Origin: a virus
Reading direction: 5' to 3' (one strand)
Virus record (IMG/VR): IMGVR_UViG_3300037010_000365
Location: 1 to 64,000 of that record
DNA length: 64,000 nucleotides
Made by a program: the position numbers and the translations under genes. Each line of letters begins with the position of its first letter. Position 1 is the stretch's first letter. Below the pieces are notes generated by a model. The model searched no databases. It saw nothing but the letters and a program-made list of their open reading frames with translations, and was not told the origin of the DNA. Of the stretch, positions 29,529-39,274 are shown piece by piece.

Positions 29529-30554
29529 ATGTTATTAATTAACTCAGCAAAAGAAATTAACTGGTTAGCTAGCTTTCAAGTTAGATCGCCAACGGGTAAG
29601 CACATTGATATATCACAGTATATTCAACAAGTTAACATTCCATCTATTTCGTTGATGCCGTTGGATACAGCTGCTCCTAGAGGTATTACTAAATTCTACG
29701 GGACACAGACTCAATACGGTTCTTTTGATGTTCAGTTTTTAATGGATGAAAACTGGGAAATCTATACGTTGCTTTTATCATTTCTATTTAACATGTCTAG
29801 ATCAAGCAAACCTAATGAAGTTTTTGGGTCAGTAACTGTTATTGCCGTTGATTCGTATCAGGTACCTAAATTTAGAATTGAGTTTGATAATCTAGTGCTT
29901 AGTTCTATAACAGATATTCAATTGCAGACGTCTAACACAAATCAGCCGTTAATTGTTAACTGTCAATTTGATTTTAGCATGATTAAGTTTAGAAAAATAT
30001 CAACTGCAGGTGATTTAGGTATTGGTGCAGGTATTAATACTAATGGATATTACCTTGAAGATGGTTCATGGACTGGGATTGATTCAAGTTTAATAAGAAA
30101 CAAATATTTAACATATGAAGGTAGATTAATTAACTCGGCTACAGGTGCTGCTCAATGGTCAGTTGATTTGTTAGAACAAGATAGCTATACGGTATTTATC
30201 CCAAAAAATACAGTTAAATTTGTAGAAGGTTTAACTGAAATTGAAATAGCTTGCGGAGTTGTTGTTACTGTCAATAATATACCTAAAAATAATGGATTGT
30301 TCAGTCGAACTGTTACTGTTCTTAAAGGCGGTGTAAAAGTTTTAACCAATAACTTCATATTAGAGTCATGTGTAGATATAAATACATTTAATAAAAAATA
30401 TTCATCCGCTGATGGTGTTATTATTGAATTCACTTACACATTAGATCCAGCTGGGTACTCGATTAGCTTCAATATACACGATCAGTTTAATCCTAATATG
30501 ACATCAGGCGCTGAATATATTCAAAGCAATATAATTGATGGTTGTGTTAAATAA
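29529..30554 (+). CDS. Tail completion protein gp3-like with long C-terminal extension
   Basis: QQVNIPSISL..YGSFDVQFLMDENWEIY in the first ~155 aa; late promoter at 29497. Confidence 0.55.
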   Translation: MLLINSAKEINWLASFQVRSPTGKHIDISQYIQQVNIPSISLMPLDTAAPRGITKFYGTQTQYGSFDVQFLMDENWEIYTLLLSFLFNMSRSSKPNEVFGSVTVIAVDSYQVPKFRIEFDNLVLSSITDIQLQTSNTNQPLIVNCQFDFSMIKFRKISTAGDLGIGAGINTNGYYLEDGSWTGIDSSLIRNKYLTYEGRLINSATGAAQWSVDLLEQDSYTVFIPKNTVKFVEGLTEIEIACGVVVTVNNIPKNNGLFSRTVTVLKGGVKVLTNNFILESCVDINTFNKKYSSADGVIIEFTYTLDPAGYSISFNIHDQFNPNMTSGAEYIQSNIIDGCVK

Positions 30555-30624
30555 AAATTCTATAAATACATTTAGGAGTTTGGGTTAATTCCTAAACACA
30601 TTAAACAATTAATTGGAGAAGAAT

Positions 30625-31140
30625 ATGGCAGATTTTGGCATAGATTCATTTATTGGTAGTATGACACATGGCGGGGCACGTGGTAACTTATATACGGTTA
30701 CGCTAAACTCGCCTTATGGTTCCACTGATGATCTTACATTTAGATGTAAAGCTGCAAGCTTACCAGCAGCTACTGTTGGCGTTATTGAAGTGCCGTATAT
30801 GGGCCAGATTAGTAAGTGGCCAGGTAACACGACATACGAAGAGTGGAATGTTACTATTTTGATGGATGAAGGTTTAGAATCGCGCGCCGCTATTGAAGTT
30901 TGGCAAGATGCTATCAACGGACGCGTATCAAATATCACTCAAGATAATACTACTCGTAATCATTTCATCGATGCAATTGTAACACAATATAACAAAGATG
31001 GTTCTGTTGGTGCAGAGTACACAATTCATGGCATGTGGCCTACCAGTTTAGGTGCAGTTGAAATGTCATGGGAAGCGGCTTCGGCTGTGTTAGAGTTTCA
31101 ATGTAGTTTTGCTGTGCAATACTGGACTCGTAACGTATAA
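30625..31140 (+). CDS. gp19: Tail tube protein gp19
   Basis: GGARGNLY, FRCKAASLP, IEVPYMG, YEEWNVT, GMWPT; ATG at 30625 after GGAG; late promoter at 30561. Confidence 0.92.
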   Translation: MADFGIDSFIGSMTHGGARGNLYTVTLNSPYGSTDDLTFRCKAASLPAATVGVIEVPYMGQISKWPGNTTYEEWNVTILMDEGLESRAAIEVWQDAINGRVSNITQDNTTRNHFIDAIVTQYNKDGSVGAEYTIHGMWPTSLGAVEMSWEAASAVLEFQCSFAVQYWTRNV

Positions 31141-31161
31141 TATTAAAATAAGGAAATTATA

Positions 31162-33081
31162 ATGGCATATTTAGATTCTCCTGGTATTGCTATAAAAGAA
31201 GTTGATAAATCTTCTTATGTTGGCGGTAACAGTTCTACTACTGGTGGTTATGCTGGTGCGTTTGGTTGGGGTCCTGTATTAGTACCTACCATCATATCAA
31301 ATCAAACAGATTTGATTCGCACATTTGGTGGCCCTGTTACTGGTTACAATCAGCAAGATTTTTACTCTGTTGCTTACTTTTTAAAGTATTCTAATGCTTG
31401 TTATGTTACTCGTGTAACAGGACCAGACGCTAAGAACGCGGTAGCAATGAAAGATAATTCAACAACTGTTGGTAAAGAAGTTGTGATTAACTCATCTCAA
31501 GCTTTTGAGACCACTTTCACTAACTCAACTAGCGTTGACTTTGCTGCTAGATACCCTGGCTCTTTAGGTAATGGTATTGAAATTATCATCATTGATTCAA
31601 TTTCATTTACATCATCCAAATACAAGAACTTGTTCACAGGTGCACCTACTGGTACTGAACTTCACGTATTATTATTGAAGAATGGTTCTGTTCTTGAAAA
31701 GTACGAATATTTGAATGCTTTACCTGGTACTAAAAAATCAGATGGCACAGTTGCATACTATGTTGAAGTAATTAATACCCAATCTAATTACATTTACGTC
31801 TTGAAAGAAACAGGCGCTTGTGATTGCATACTGTCTGGCGGTACGCTAGGTGCAACTTTTGCTACATATAAAATATCATCTGTTACATATGCGGCAAGTA
31901 TTTACCCCGGTATTGGTAATAACACTGTAATTTACTTAGTTGATAGTGCAAACTACGCTGCTTTGAGTACTGATGTTAAGTCACATTTGGTTGGCGCGCC
32001 TGCAGTTGATCAGTGCGCTGTGGTTGTTTATACTAATGGTTTCTTCACTGAAGTATTTGAAGCTTTGGACAAGTTATCTACATCTGCTAACTATTACGTA
32101 ACCCAGTTTAACGCTCAATCATCTACAGCGCATTTAATGTCACCTGTTGACTTCACAGTAGCTGCTCAAACAGTTATGACATTAACTGGCGCAGTTGGTG
32201 ATGTTCCAGTTGGTGATTCAGTTGTTAACGGTTATAACATTATGGCTGATGCTGATACTTATGATATTAGCTTGATGTTTGCTGGATCAAATACTACAGT
32301 GTGTCAAACTGCTGTTGTTTCTATTGCAGAATCTCGCAAGTTTACAGTTGGTTTTGTCAGCCCTCAGTTTAGTTCATGTAAGTTAGGCGGTTCTGCTGCT
32401 TTAACTGCAGTGTTAGCTGATCGTCAAGCAATTTACTCTTCAAGTTATGGATTCATGGATTCTAACTGGGGTAAGGTTTACGATCCAATCAATAAGAACT
32501 CTTTCTGGATGGCTATGAATCCTGTATCTGCTGGTCTTCAAGCACAGGTTGAAAATCAGCGTGAAGCTTGGTATGTTGGTATGGGTACCACTTATGGTAG
32601 AATCTCAGGCATTCAAGCGTTAGCATGGGAACAGAGTCAAGTTATTCGTGATGCTTTGTACAAGTCTCAAATCAATCCATTATGCACGTTTAAAAACGAA
32701 GGCATTTTGTTATTTGGTTCTAAGACATTACAAGTTAAGCCTAGCGCATTTGATCGTTTGAATGTACGTCGTTTATTCATTGTAATTGAAAAAGCTGTTG
32801 GTAAAACTGCTAGAGCTCTTATTGGTGAACTTAACACTGATCAAACTCAGCGTTCTGTAGTTAACTCGATTACACCGTTTATGCGTGATATCAAAGCTAA
32901 GCAAGGTTGTTATGATTTTGCTATTGTTTGTGATGCCACGAATAACACGCCACAAGTTATTAACACTAATGGTATTGCAATTGGTTTGTACATCAAGCCT
33001 ACTAAAAACATTGACTTTGTTTATGTTGATATGGTTGCAGTTAGCTCTGGTGTTTCTTTCCAAGAGATCATCGGCAAATAA
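31162..33081 (+). CDS. gp18: Tail sheath protein gp18
   Basis: SPGIAIKEVD, FGWGP, ARYPGSLGN, RDALYKSQINP, SAFDRLNVRRLF, CDATNNTPQVI. Confidence 0.95.
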   Translation: MAYLDSPGIAIKEVDKSSYVGGNSSTTGGYAGAFGWGPVLVPTIISNQTDLIRTFGGPVTGYNQQDFYSVAYFLKYSNACYVTRVTGPDAKNAVAMKDNSTTVGKEVVINSSQAFETTFTNSTSVDFAARYPGSLGNGIEIIIIDSISFTSSKYKNLFTGAPTGTELHVLLLKNGSVLEKYEYLNALPGTKKSDGTVAYYVEVINTQSNYIYVLKETGACDCILSGGTLGATFATYKISSVTYAASIYPGIGNNTVIYLVDSANYAALSTDVKSHLVGAPAVDQCAVVVYTNGFFTEVFEALDKLSTSANYYVTQFNAQSSTAHLMSPVDFTVAAQTVMTLTGAVGDVPVGDSVVNGYNIMADADTYDISLMFAGSNTTVCQTAVVSIAESRKFTVGFVSPQFSSCKLGGSAALTAVLADRQAIYSSSYGFMDSNWGKVYDPINKNSFWMAMNPVSAGLQAQVENQREAWYVGMGTTYGRISGIQALAWEQSQVIRDALYKSQINPLCTFKNEGILLFGSKTLQVKPSAFDRLNVRRLFIVIEKAVGKTARALIGELNTDQTQRSVVNSITPFMRDIKAKQGCYDFAIVCDATNNTPQVINTNGIAIGLYIKPTKNIDFVYVDMVAVSSGVSFQEIIGK

Positions 33082-33099
33082 ATCTATATTCGATTATGA

Positions 33100-33126
33100 A
33101 AAATGGGAGCATACGCTCCCATTTTT
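33100..33126 (+). terminator. Intrinsic terminator after gp18
   Basis: AAAATGGGAGC-ATAC-GCTCCCATTTTT. Confidence 0.85.
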
Positions 33127-33174
33127 GTTATTCGTTAACTAATCTATAGTGTTATAATTAGCTCTTGTGTATCT

Positions 33175-33252
33175 AGAAGTTCACTGGTTTAATTCAAAAA
33201 GAAAAGATATAGATTTTATCATATATTTTGTTTGGATTAAACCTGAGTGATT
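33175..33252 (+). repeat. Dispersed ~75-nt element, copy 1 (core AAAAAGAAAAGATATAGATT inside inverted repeats)
   Basis: Near-identical to 35674-35752 and to the reverse complement of 55631-55710. Confidence 0.85.
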
Positions 33253-33940
33253 CAGATAATTTTAACAGTTCGGCCATTATATACCGGTGTGGCCTTGCGA
33301 GAAAGTTTCAATGATGTTCTGTACATTGTCGGATTACGAATACATCTACTCCCTTTTCTTTCCGCTGGATAATGAACCGGTTATTAATTAAAGTAATAAT
33401 AAACAGATAACGCTGTTGAAAATTAATCTAATTAATAATTCGGTATTAATCCAGTTACCTCTAGTAAAAGGTAATCGCAGAAGCGAAGGAAATACTCAGT
33501 TTCTTTTAGTGATTAAACACTACCAGTTCATTCCCGTAGAACTGTCTTTCCTGATAACTTTTTAAGGCGTTATCACCAAATCAATATTAATTTCATGTAA
33601 GTCCATTACACTACTCATAACATCAACAGTAAAGAATACGTATACTCAATACATGAAACTACGACTATCTTAGGTATTCGTTTCATTGGGCTGTCTACCC
33701 GAACCATCCTGTCTTACTAGGATATCCATCGTCGCTGGGTGCAAAGGGGAGCAGTGCCAGCATTTTATTTTTAAGTTTTGGTCTACAATAGAAGTATGTT
33801 TAATTTAGATAAAGGGATATAGAATCCTGCATTATCAGAGTTCTAGACGTATCATAGCATAGTCAGATAGTAACTCAACCGTATGGATTGGTGTTTAACG
33901 GTTCCTAATTTGCATTTAACTTGGGTATGTTGTTTGTATT
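33250..33940 (-). ncRNA. Candidate large structured non-coding RNA (or promoter-primed replication origin)
   Basis: No ORF of 60 aa or more; many hairpins; leftward early and late promoters immediately upstream. Confidence 0.45.
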
Positions 33941-33943
33941 TTC

Positions 33944-34110
33944 TATTTATAGAATTCTATTTATAACACATATCAGTCTAAAAGTAAACAACTAAATGAT
34001 AAAAAGTTAAAATAAACTTGTTGTTCGGTTGACACAACTATAGAGTAATAAATAATTAATGAATAGAATCTTATTTATACATTATAACATGAATTAGACT
34101 AAAAGTAAAC
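33944..34110 (-). promoter_or_regulatory. Leftward promoter cluster: two early-type TTTACT-N17-TATAA(A/T) and three TATAAATA late boxes
   Basis: TATTTATA at 33944, 33958 and 34072; AGTAAA at 33983 and 34104, each 17 nt from a -10 hexamer; lies in a ~55-nt tandem duplication. Confidence 0.7.
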
Positions 34111-34138
34111 AACTAAATTATAAAAAGTTAAAAATAAA

Positions 34139-35653
34139 ATGCCAGACATCATAATACACTACTATGACTCAACCTACATAAAGCTGGAGTTTCCTAATCG
34201 GTATTCCATAGCAGATGAGGTGCATCAGAACTTTAGTTTTTTCGCAGAAGGATACAAGTTTCATCCAAAGTACAAGATGAAAGTATGGGACGGAAAGATA
34301 AAGTTGTTTGATAAAGGTAGATCTCTGTTGCCGTATGGATTGCTTAGCGATCTAGTTTCATTTGCTGCTAAACAAAATTATACGGTTAAAGTACCTAAAG
34401 AATTAACACTACAGTCTAAAGTAACAGTAGAAGTTCTTGAAGAATTCTGTAGGTCAATTCTAAAGCTACCATTTGAGCCTAGAGATTATCAGTTAGAAGC
34501 AGCAGTACAGTGTATCAGAAATGGAAGACGTTTAGTTGTAAGTCCTACCGGGTCTGGTAAGAGTGTGATTCAGTATATCATTATTCAATATCTAACATTA
34601 GTTGAAGGTTTTGATCGAATATTGCTTACTGTACCTACGACAGGGTTAGTAACTCAGATCTATAATGATTTTAAAGACTATGCTCAGAACGTAGAATTTA
34701 ATGAAGCTGATTATCTGACAATTCCAAACAAACAGAATATTAAGTTTAAAGCTGACGCTAAAGTTATTATATCTACCTGGCAATCAATACAAAAACAAGA
34801 TATCGAATATTTTGAAAATTTTGATGTACTGATGTGTGATGAAGTGCATACTATGGCAGCAGATGTTAGTCAACAAATATCGTTAAAATCAAAAAACGTA
34901 TCTGTAAAATTAGGTATGACAGCAACTTTGTCTAATACTAAGTTGGGTGAAATGCCGTTGATTGGTCTTTTTGGACCTATCTTCAAAACAACAACAACTG
35001 CAGACTTGATAGGACAAGGAATGTTAGCTAAGATAGAAATCAAAGCTATCCAGATGTCATTTCCTAATATATCTAATAGAGCTAGAATTATTGACTATGC
35101 TGAAGAGATCAGTATATTAACAAATTCAGTAGAACGAACCGAGTTTATTGCTAAATTAGCTGGAAAGTTAAAAGGAAATACATTAGTACTGTTTAATCAT
35201 ATTGAACATGGTACGTCTATATTCAATAACATTAAAAAGCTATATCCTGAAAAGAAAGTATTCTATATAGCCGGATCAAGTTCAAAACAAGAAAGAGAAG
35301 ATGTTAGAGTAGTTGCAGAAAAAAACGATGACGTGATAATTGTAGCTGGATATGCTGTATTCAGTACTGGTGTTAACATTAAAAATCTACATAACTTAAT
35401 GTTTGCAGCACCAAGCAAGTCTATGATTAGAATATTACAGTCAATCGGTCGAGTATTAAGATTACATAATGGTAAAGACTGCGCTGTTGTATATGACTTG
35501 TACGACATATTTGGCGATGATCAAGCTAAAGCTAAAAACTATGGGTTTAAACACTTTATTGAAAGATACAAAATTTATAATGATGTAAAAATGGAATGCT
35601 CTATCGTAGAAGGACCTAAGTTTATTACAACTGATCCAGGTATTAGCGACTAG
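34139..35653 (+). CDS. uvsW: UvsW RNA-DNA helicase
   Basis: FSFFAEGYKFHPKYK..WDGKI, PRDYQ, SPTGSGKS, DEVH, FSTGVNIKNLHN, LQSIGRVLR. Confidence 0.95.
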   Translation: MPDIIIHYYDSTYIKLEFPNRYSIADEVHQNFSFFAEGYKFHPKYKMKVWDGKIKLFDKGRSLLPYGLLSDLVSFAAKQNYTVKVPKELTLQSKVTVEVLEEFCRSILKLPFEPRDYQLEAAVQCIRNGRRLVVSPTGSGKSVIQYIIIQYLTLVEGFDRILLTVPTTGLVTQIYNDFKDYAQNVEFNEADYLTIPNKQNIKFKADAKVIISTWQSIQKQDIEYFENFDVLMCDEVHTMAADVSQQISLKSKNVSVKLGMTATLSNTKLGEMPLIGLFGPIFKTTTTADLIGQGMLAKIEIKAIQMSFPNISNRARIIDYAEEISILTNSVERTEFIAKLAGKLKGNTLVLFNHIEHGTSIFNNIKKLYPEKKVFYIAGSSSKQEREDVRVVAEKNDDVIIVAGYAVFSTGVNIKNLHNLMFAAPSKSMIRILQSIGRVLRLHNGKDCAVVYDLYDIFGDDQAKAKNYGFKHFIERYKIYNDVKMECSIVEGPKFITTDPGISD

Positions 35654-35673
35654 TAATACATCTGACAGTGTAC

Positions 35674-35752
35674 AGAAGTTCACAGGTTTAATCCAAAAAG
35701 AAAAGATATAGATTTTATCATCTAGTGTGATTATAATTAAACCTGAGTGATT
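35674..35752 (+). repeat. Dispersed ~75-nt element, copy 2
   Basis: AGAAGTTCACAGGTTTAATCCAAAAAGAAAAGATATAGATTTTATCA..ATTAAACCTGAGTGATT. Confidence 0.85.
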
Positions 35753-35770
35753 TTAAAAAATAATGAAAAC

Positions 35771-35801
35771 ATGTTTACTTTTATATAAAACTATGTTATA
35801 A
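35771..35801 (+). promoter_or_regulatory. Early-type promoter GTTTACTT-N-TATAAT
   Basis: TTTACT, 17-nt spacer, TATAAT before gp55. Confidence 0.65.
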
Positions 35802-35833
35802 TAGAATAATTACACATGTAAGGAATAGATTTT

Positions 35834-36400
35834 ATGATTGAAATTACCGCGAAACCGTATGATGTTAGATTCGCAAAGCGTAAAGCTAGAAATAAAGATG
35901 CAGCCGATTATATCAATAATTCTTTGTTGTACGAAGAAATGGTAAGATGGAAGGAATCTGGAGAAGAGAAAGTATCTGCTGAACTTGGTAGAATGTTTTT
36001 ATTATTAGCAAAAAAAGTAACATCACATCGCCATTTTTCTAGATATCCAATTGAATTAAAAGAAGAAATGGTAAACGAAAGCGTTATAACCTTATTAAAA
36101 GGCGCTAGCAAGTTTAATCTTGAATTTAAAAATCCATTTGCATATTTTACACAATTCTGTTTCAACGCAAATATTGGTGTTATTAAAAAGTACTACGCTG
36201 AGAATGCTGGGACAATTCAATACTTTTTAGCAAACACACAAGAAATTGATGTCACTGATGGTCATACATTAGCAGTTATTGAGCAAGCAAAGATGTATTC
36301 AGATTCTAGAGCAAATTCTAGCAAAAAAACAAAATCAAATAAAGCAGTTAGACCAACATTATTTGATTTTGATGAATTCGTAAAAGAACTTGTTGATTAA
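35834..36400 (+). CDS. gp55: Late transcription sigma factor gp55
   Basis: YINN..LYEEM, FSRYP..KEEMV, KNPFAYFTQFCFNA. Confidence 0.9.
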   Translation: MIEITAKPYDVRFAKRKARNKDAADYINNSLLYEEMVRWKESGEEKVSAELGRMFLLLAKKVTSHRHFSRYPIELKEEMVNESVITLLKGASKFNLEFKNPFAYFTQFCFNANIGVIKKYYAENAGTIQYFLANTQEIDVTDGHTLAVIEQAKMYSDSRANSSKKTKSNKAVRPTLFDFDEFVKELVD

Positions 36401-36438
36401 ATATTATCATATAATAGGAACAGGAATTATGAATTTTA

Positions 36439-37494
36439 ATGTATGCTTTAATTACAGACACTCACTTTGGGACACGTGGTGAATCCCAAATCTTCTTAGA
36501 TGCTCACACAGCACTTCTAAAATCATTCTTCGAGTTTATCGATAAAAATAAAATCAAAAAGATTATTCATACTGGTGATCTTTTTGATTCACGCAAAGCT
36601 GTATCTTCTAAATTACTGAATTGGGTTAGAGTCAATTGGATTGAACCAATAGTAAAAAGAAAGATAGAGTGTATTGTTATCGCAGGTAACCATGATACAC
36701 ATTTTAGATCGACTAATACTCCAAACTCAGTAAGAGAAGTTCTTTCTCCTTACTCAAAAAACTTTATAGTTGTCGATGAAGCACCGCTGTACTTGTCATC
36801 GGGTATTAATAGGTTTGCTCTATTTCCATGGATTAATCCAAACTTAGAACAAACAATAACCGAAGACCTCAGTAAAAATACGTATGATATTGTATTTGGC
36901 CACTTTGATATTATCGGTGCAATTATGCAAGGCAATCAACTGTCTGAGCATGGACTTACTATGGACATGTTAAAACATCATGGTAAGGTAATATCAGGAC
37001 ACTATCATAAAAGATCTATCACAAACAATATCCATTATCTTGGCAATCCAGTAGCTACTTCATGGATGGAGTATTTTGATCAACACGGATGGTATACTTT
37101 AGATTCTGATACTTTAGATCTTAAATTTTACGAATTTGATTACCCGCTATATGACAGGATCTATGTTAACAGTGAAACTGAAATATTGTACGAGTGGTCT
37201 GGCGCTAAATTTATTAAAATCGATATCGATCAAAAGTCTGAATTCTGGTTTCAAAAACTGCTAACCTATCTAAGATCAATCCCTGAGATCATCCAGATTC
37301 AAATAAATGATAATACAATAGAAACATTAGGTGATAGCGTAACTATTTCAGAGGATGAACTTAAAGATGATCTGGTCACCATTATGAATAGAGCTATTGA
37401 TGAATCTGCAGATTTAGCTAGCATATCAAATGAAATGAAGAAGTTAATTGCCGAATTACACGAAGAAATATCTGGAAAGGGAATAATTAAGTGA
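36439..37494 (+). CDS. gp47: Recombination endonuclease subunit gp47 (Mre11/SbcD-like)
   Basis: DTHFG, GDLFD, GNHD, GHF, SGHYH metallophosphoesterase motifs. Confidence 0.93.
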   Translation: MYALITDTHFGTRGESQIFLDAHTALLKSFFEFIDKNKIKKIIHTGDLFDSRKAVSSKLLNWVRVNWIEPIVKRKIECIVIAGNHDTHFRSTNTPNSVREVLSPYSKNFIVVDEAPLYLSSGINRFALFPWINPNLEQTITEDLSKNTYDIVFGHFDIIGAIMQGNQLSEHGLTMDMLKHHGKVISGHYHKRSITNNIHYLGNPVATSWMEYFDQHGWYTLDSDTLDLKFYEFDYPLYDRIYVNSETEILYEWSGAKFIKIDIDQKSEFWFQKLLTYLRSIPEIIQIQINDNTIETLGDSVTISEDELKDDLVTIMNRAIDESADLASISNEMKKLIAELHEEISGKGIIK

Positions 37495-39215
37495 AAATTA
37501 TTAAAATAACAGCTAAGAATTTCTTATCCTTTGGTAATAACACAGAAGAACTGAACATTGATCTTAACGAATTAGTTCTATTGCAAGGTCGTAATGGTGC
37601 AGGTAAGAGTAGCATTTCAGAGACTATTACCTATGCGCTGTACGGTAAAACGTTAAGAAACGTAAAGAAGTCAGATTTAGTTAATAAGGTAAACCGAAAA
37701 GAATGCATTGTTACTATTGAGTTCGAACAACACGGTTTTAACTATCTGGTTCGCCGAGGCATTTCACCCAACATTTTTGAAATCTTTAAGAACGGAGAAC
37801 TGGTTAATCAATCATCTTCTGTGTTAGACTATCAAACTATTTTAGAAACTGAAATACTTAAAATGTCTTATAACATGTTTAGACAGTTAGTTATTTTAAG
37901 TCCTAGCTCATTTACTTCGTTCTTTGAGATGAGCGCTTCAAATAGACGAGGTTTGTTAGAAGAGTTATTAGGGTTGACCGAAATCTCTATGATGCTAAAC
38001 GTGCTAAATGGTAAAATTGTAGATGTTAAATCTAAACAAAACACGACCAAAGCTACGTCAGACGAATTAACAAATACGATTAAAACGTTAAATGATAGTT
38101 TGAAAAAATCGCGTGAGTCATCTGATGAGTTATCTTCACAAATTCAATCAAAAATAGATAAGCTAAAATTAAACTTAGACCACGCTAGACAGGCAATGGA
38201 TGATAAGATTCAATGTTTAACTGAATTACAAGTTGAATCGGTAAAAGCAAGCGCATCAACAATAGATTCGACGATAAATCAGCTACAACATGGCATCACG
38301 GAAATTAATGCAATTATATCTCAGCTGAATAAGGAAGTTCAGTTTTTAGAATCTAACGATAACTGCCCTACCTGTCACCAAGACATCACACAAGAACACA
38401 AGACTGAACTAATTAATAAGAATAACACTAAAAAAGAATCGGTTGCGCCTAAGTTAGATACAGTGAGATCAAAGATTGAATCATTAAGCTTAGAAAAATC
38501 ATCGCTAACTGAGGTAATTGCCAAAGCGAATGAACTTACATCAGATATTAGAAATCTTTCTAACGTGATTAAACAAGTTCAAACGCAAATAGACGATAAT
38601 ACATCTATTATATTAGAGGTTAGCACTCGAGACGATATTCAATTTATTAGTGATAAGGTTAATGACACTAAGAATCGATTAATTGAGACACTTACATTAT
38701 TACAAGATATTGGGACACAGCTGAATTTATACACGTCGACTAAAATGTTTTTAAGCGATGATGGTATTAGAAAGCATATTATTCAAAAGTACATTCCGTT
38801 TATTGTTAATAAAGTTAACGAATGGTTAGAGCTGCTTGACTTTTTTGCTGTATTGGAAATCAATGATGATTTTGATGAAGTTATTAAAGTAAGAGGTTTT
38901 GATCCAACCAAGTACGGTAATCTTTCGTCAGGAGAACGTGCTAAATTAACTCTTGCATTAGTTATGACTTTTAGAGAACTATTATCTATTCGTAACAATT
39001 CAACCTGGAATTTATTATCATTGGATGAAATACTTGAAACCATCGACGCCGAGTCAAAAAACAAGTTATTCTGGAGTCTGCGCAATATATCAGAAAAAGA
39101 ACAAATGTCTATCATGGTTGTGAGTCATGGTACTAGCGTTACTGATCAATTTCATAAAGTTATGGAAGTTAACAAGATTGGTAATTTTACAAAGATAACA
39201 AACATGGAATTGTAA
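37491..39215 (+). CDS. gp46: Recombination ATPase gp46 (Rad50/SbcC-like)
   Basis: KNFLSFGN, GRNGAGKS, CPTC zinc hook, LSSGE, LSLDE, VVSH. Confidence 0.95.
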   Translation: MKIIKITAKNFLSFGNNTEELNIDLNELVLLQGRNGAGKSSISETITYALYGKTLRNVKKSDLVNKVNRKECIVTIEFEQHGFNYLVRRGISPNIFEIFKNGELVNQSSSVLDYQTILETEILKMSYNMFRQLVILSPSSFTSFFEMSASNRRGLLEELLGLTEISMMLNVLNGKIVDVKSKQNTTKATSDELTNTIKTLNDSLKKSRESSDELSSQIQSKIDKLKLNLDHARQAMDDKIQCLTELQVESVKASASTIDSTINQLQHGITEINAIISQLNKEVQFLESNDNCPTCHQDITQEHKTELINKNNTKKESVAPKLDTVRSKIESLSLEKSSLTEVIAKANELTSDIRNLSNVIKQVQTQIDDNTSIILEVSTRDDIQFISDKVNDTKNRLIETLTLLQDIGTQLNLYTSTKMFLSDDGIRKHIIQKYIPFIVNKVNEWLELLDFFAVLEINDDFDEVIKVRGFDPTKYGNLSSGERAKLTLALVMTFRELLSIRNNSTWNLLSLDEILETIDAESKNKLFWSLRNISEKEQMSIMVVSHGTSVTDQFHKVMEVNKIGNFTKITNMEL

Positions 39216-39274
39216 TTAGATTTTATATAATCTAAACTGAAATAAATAATACATTAATCAAAGGAACAATCTAT

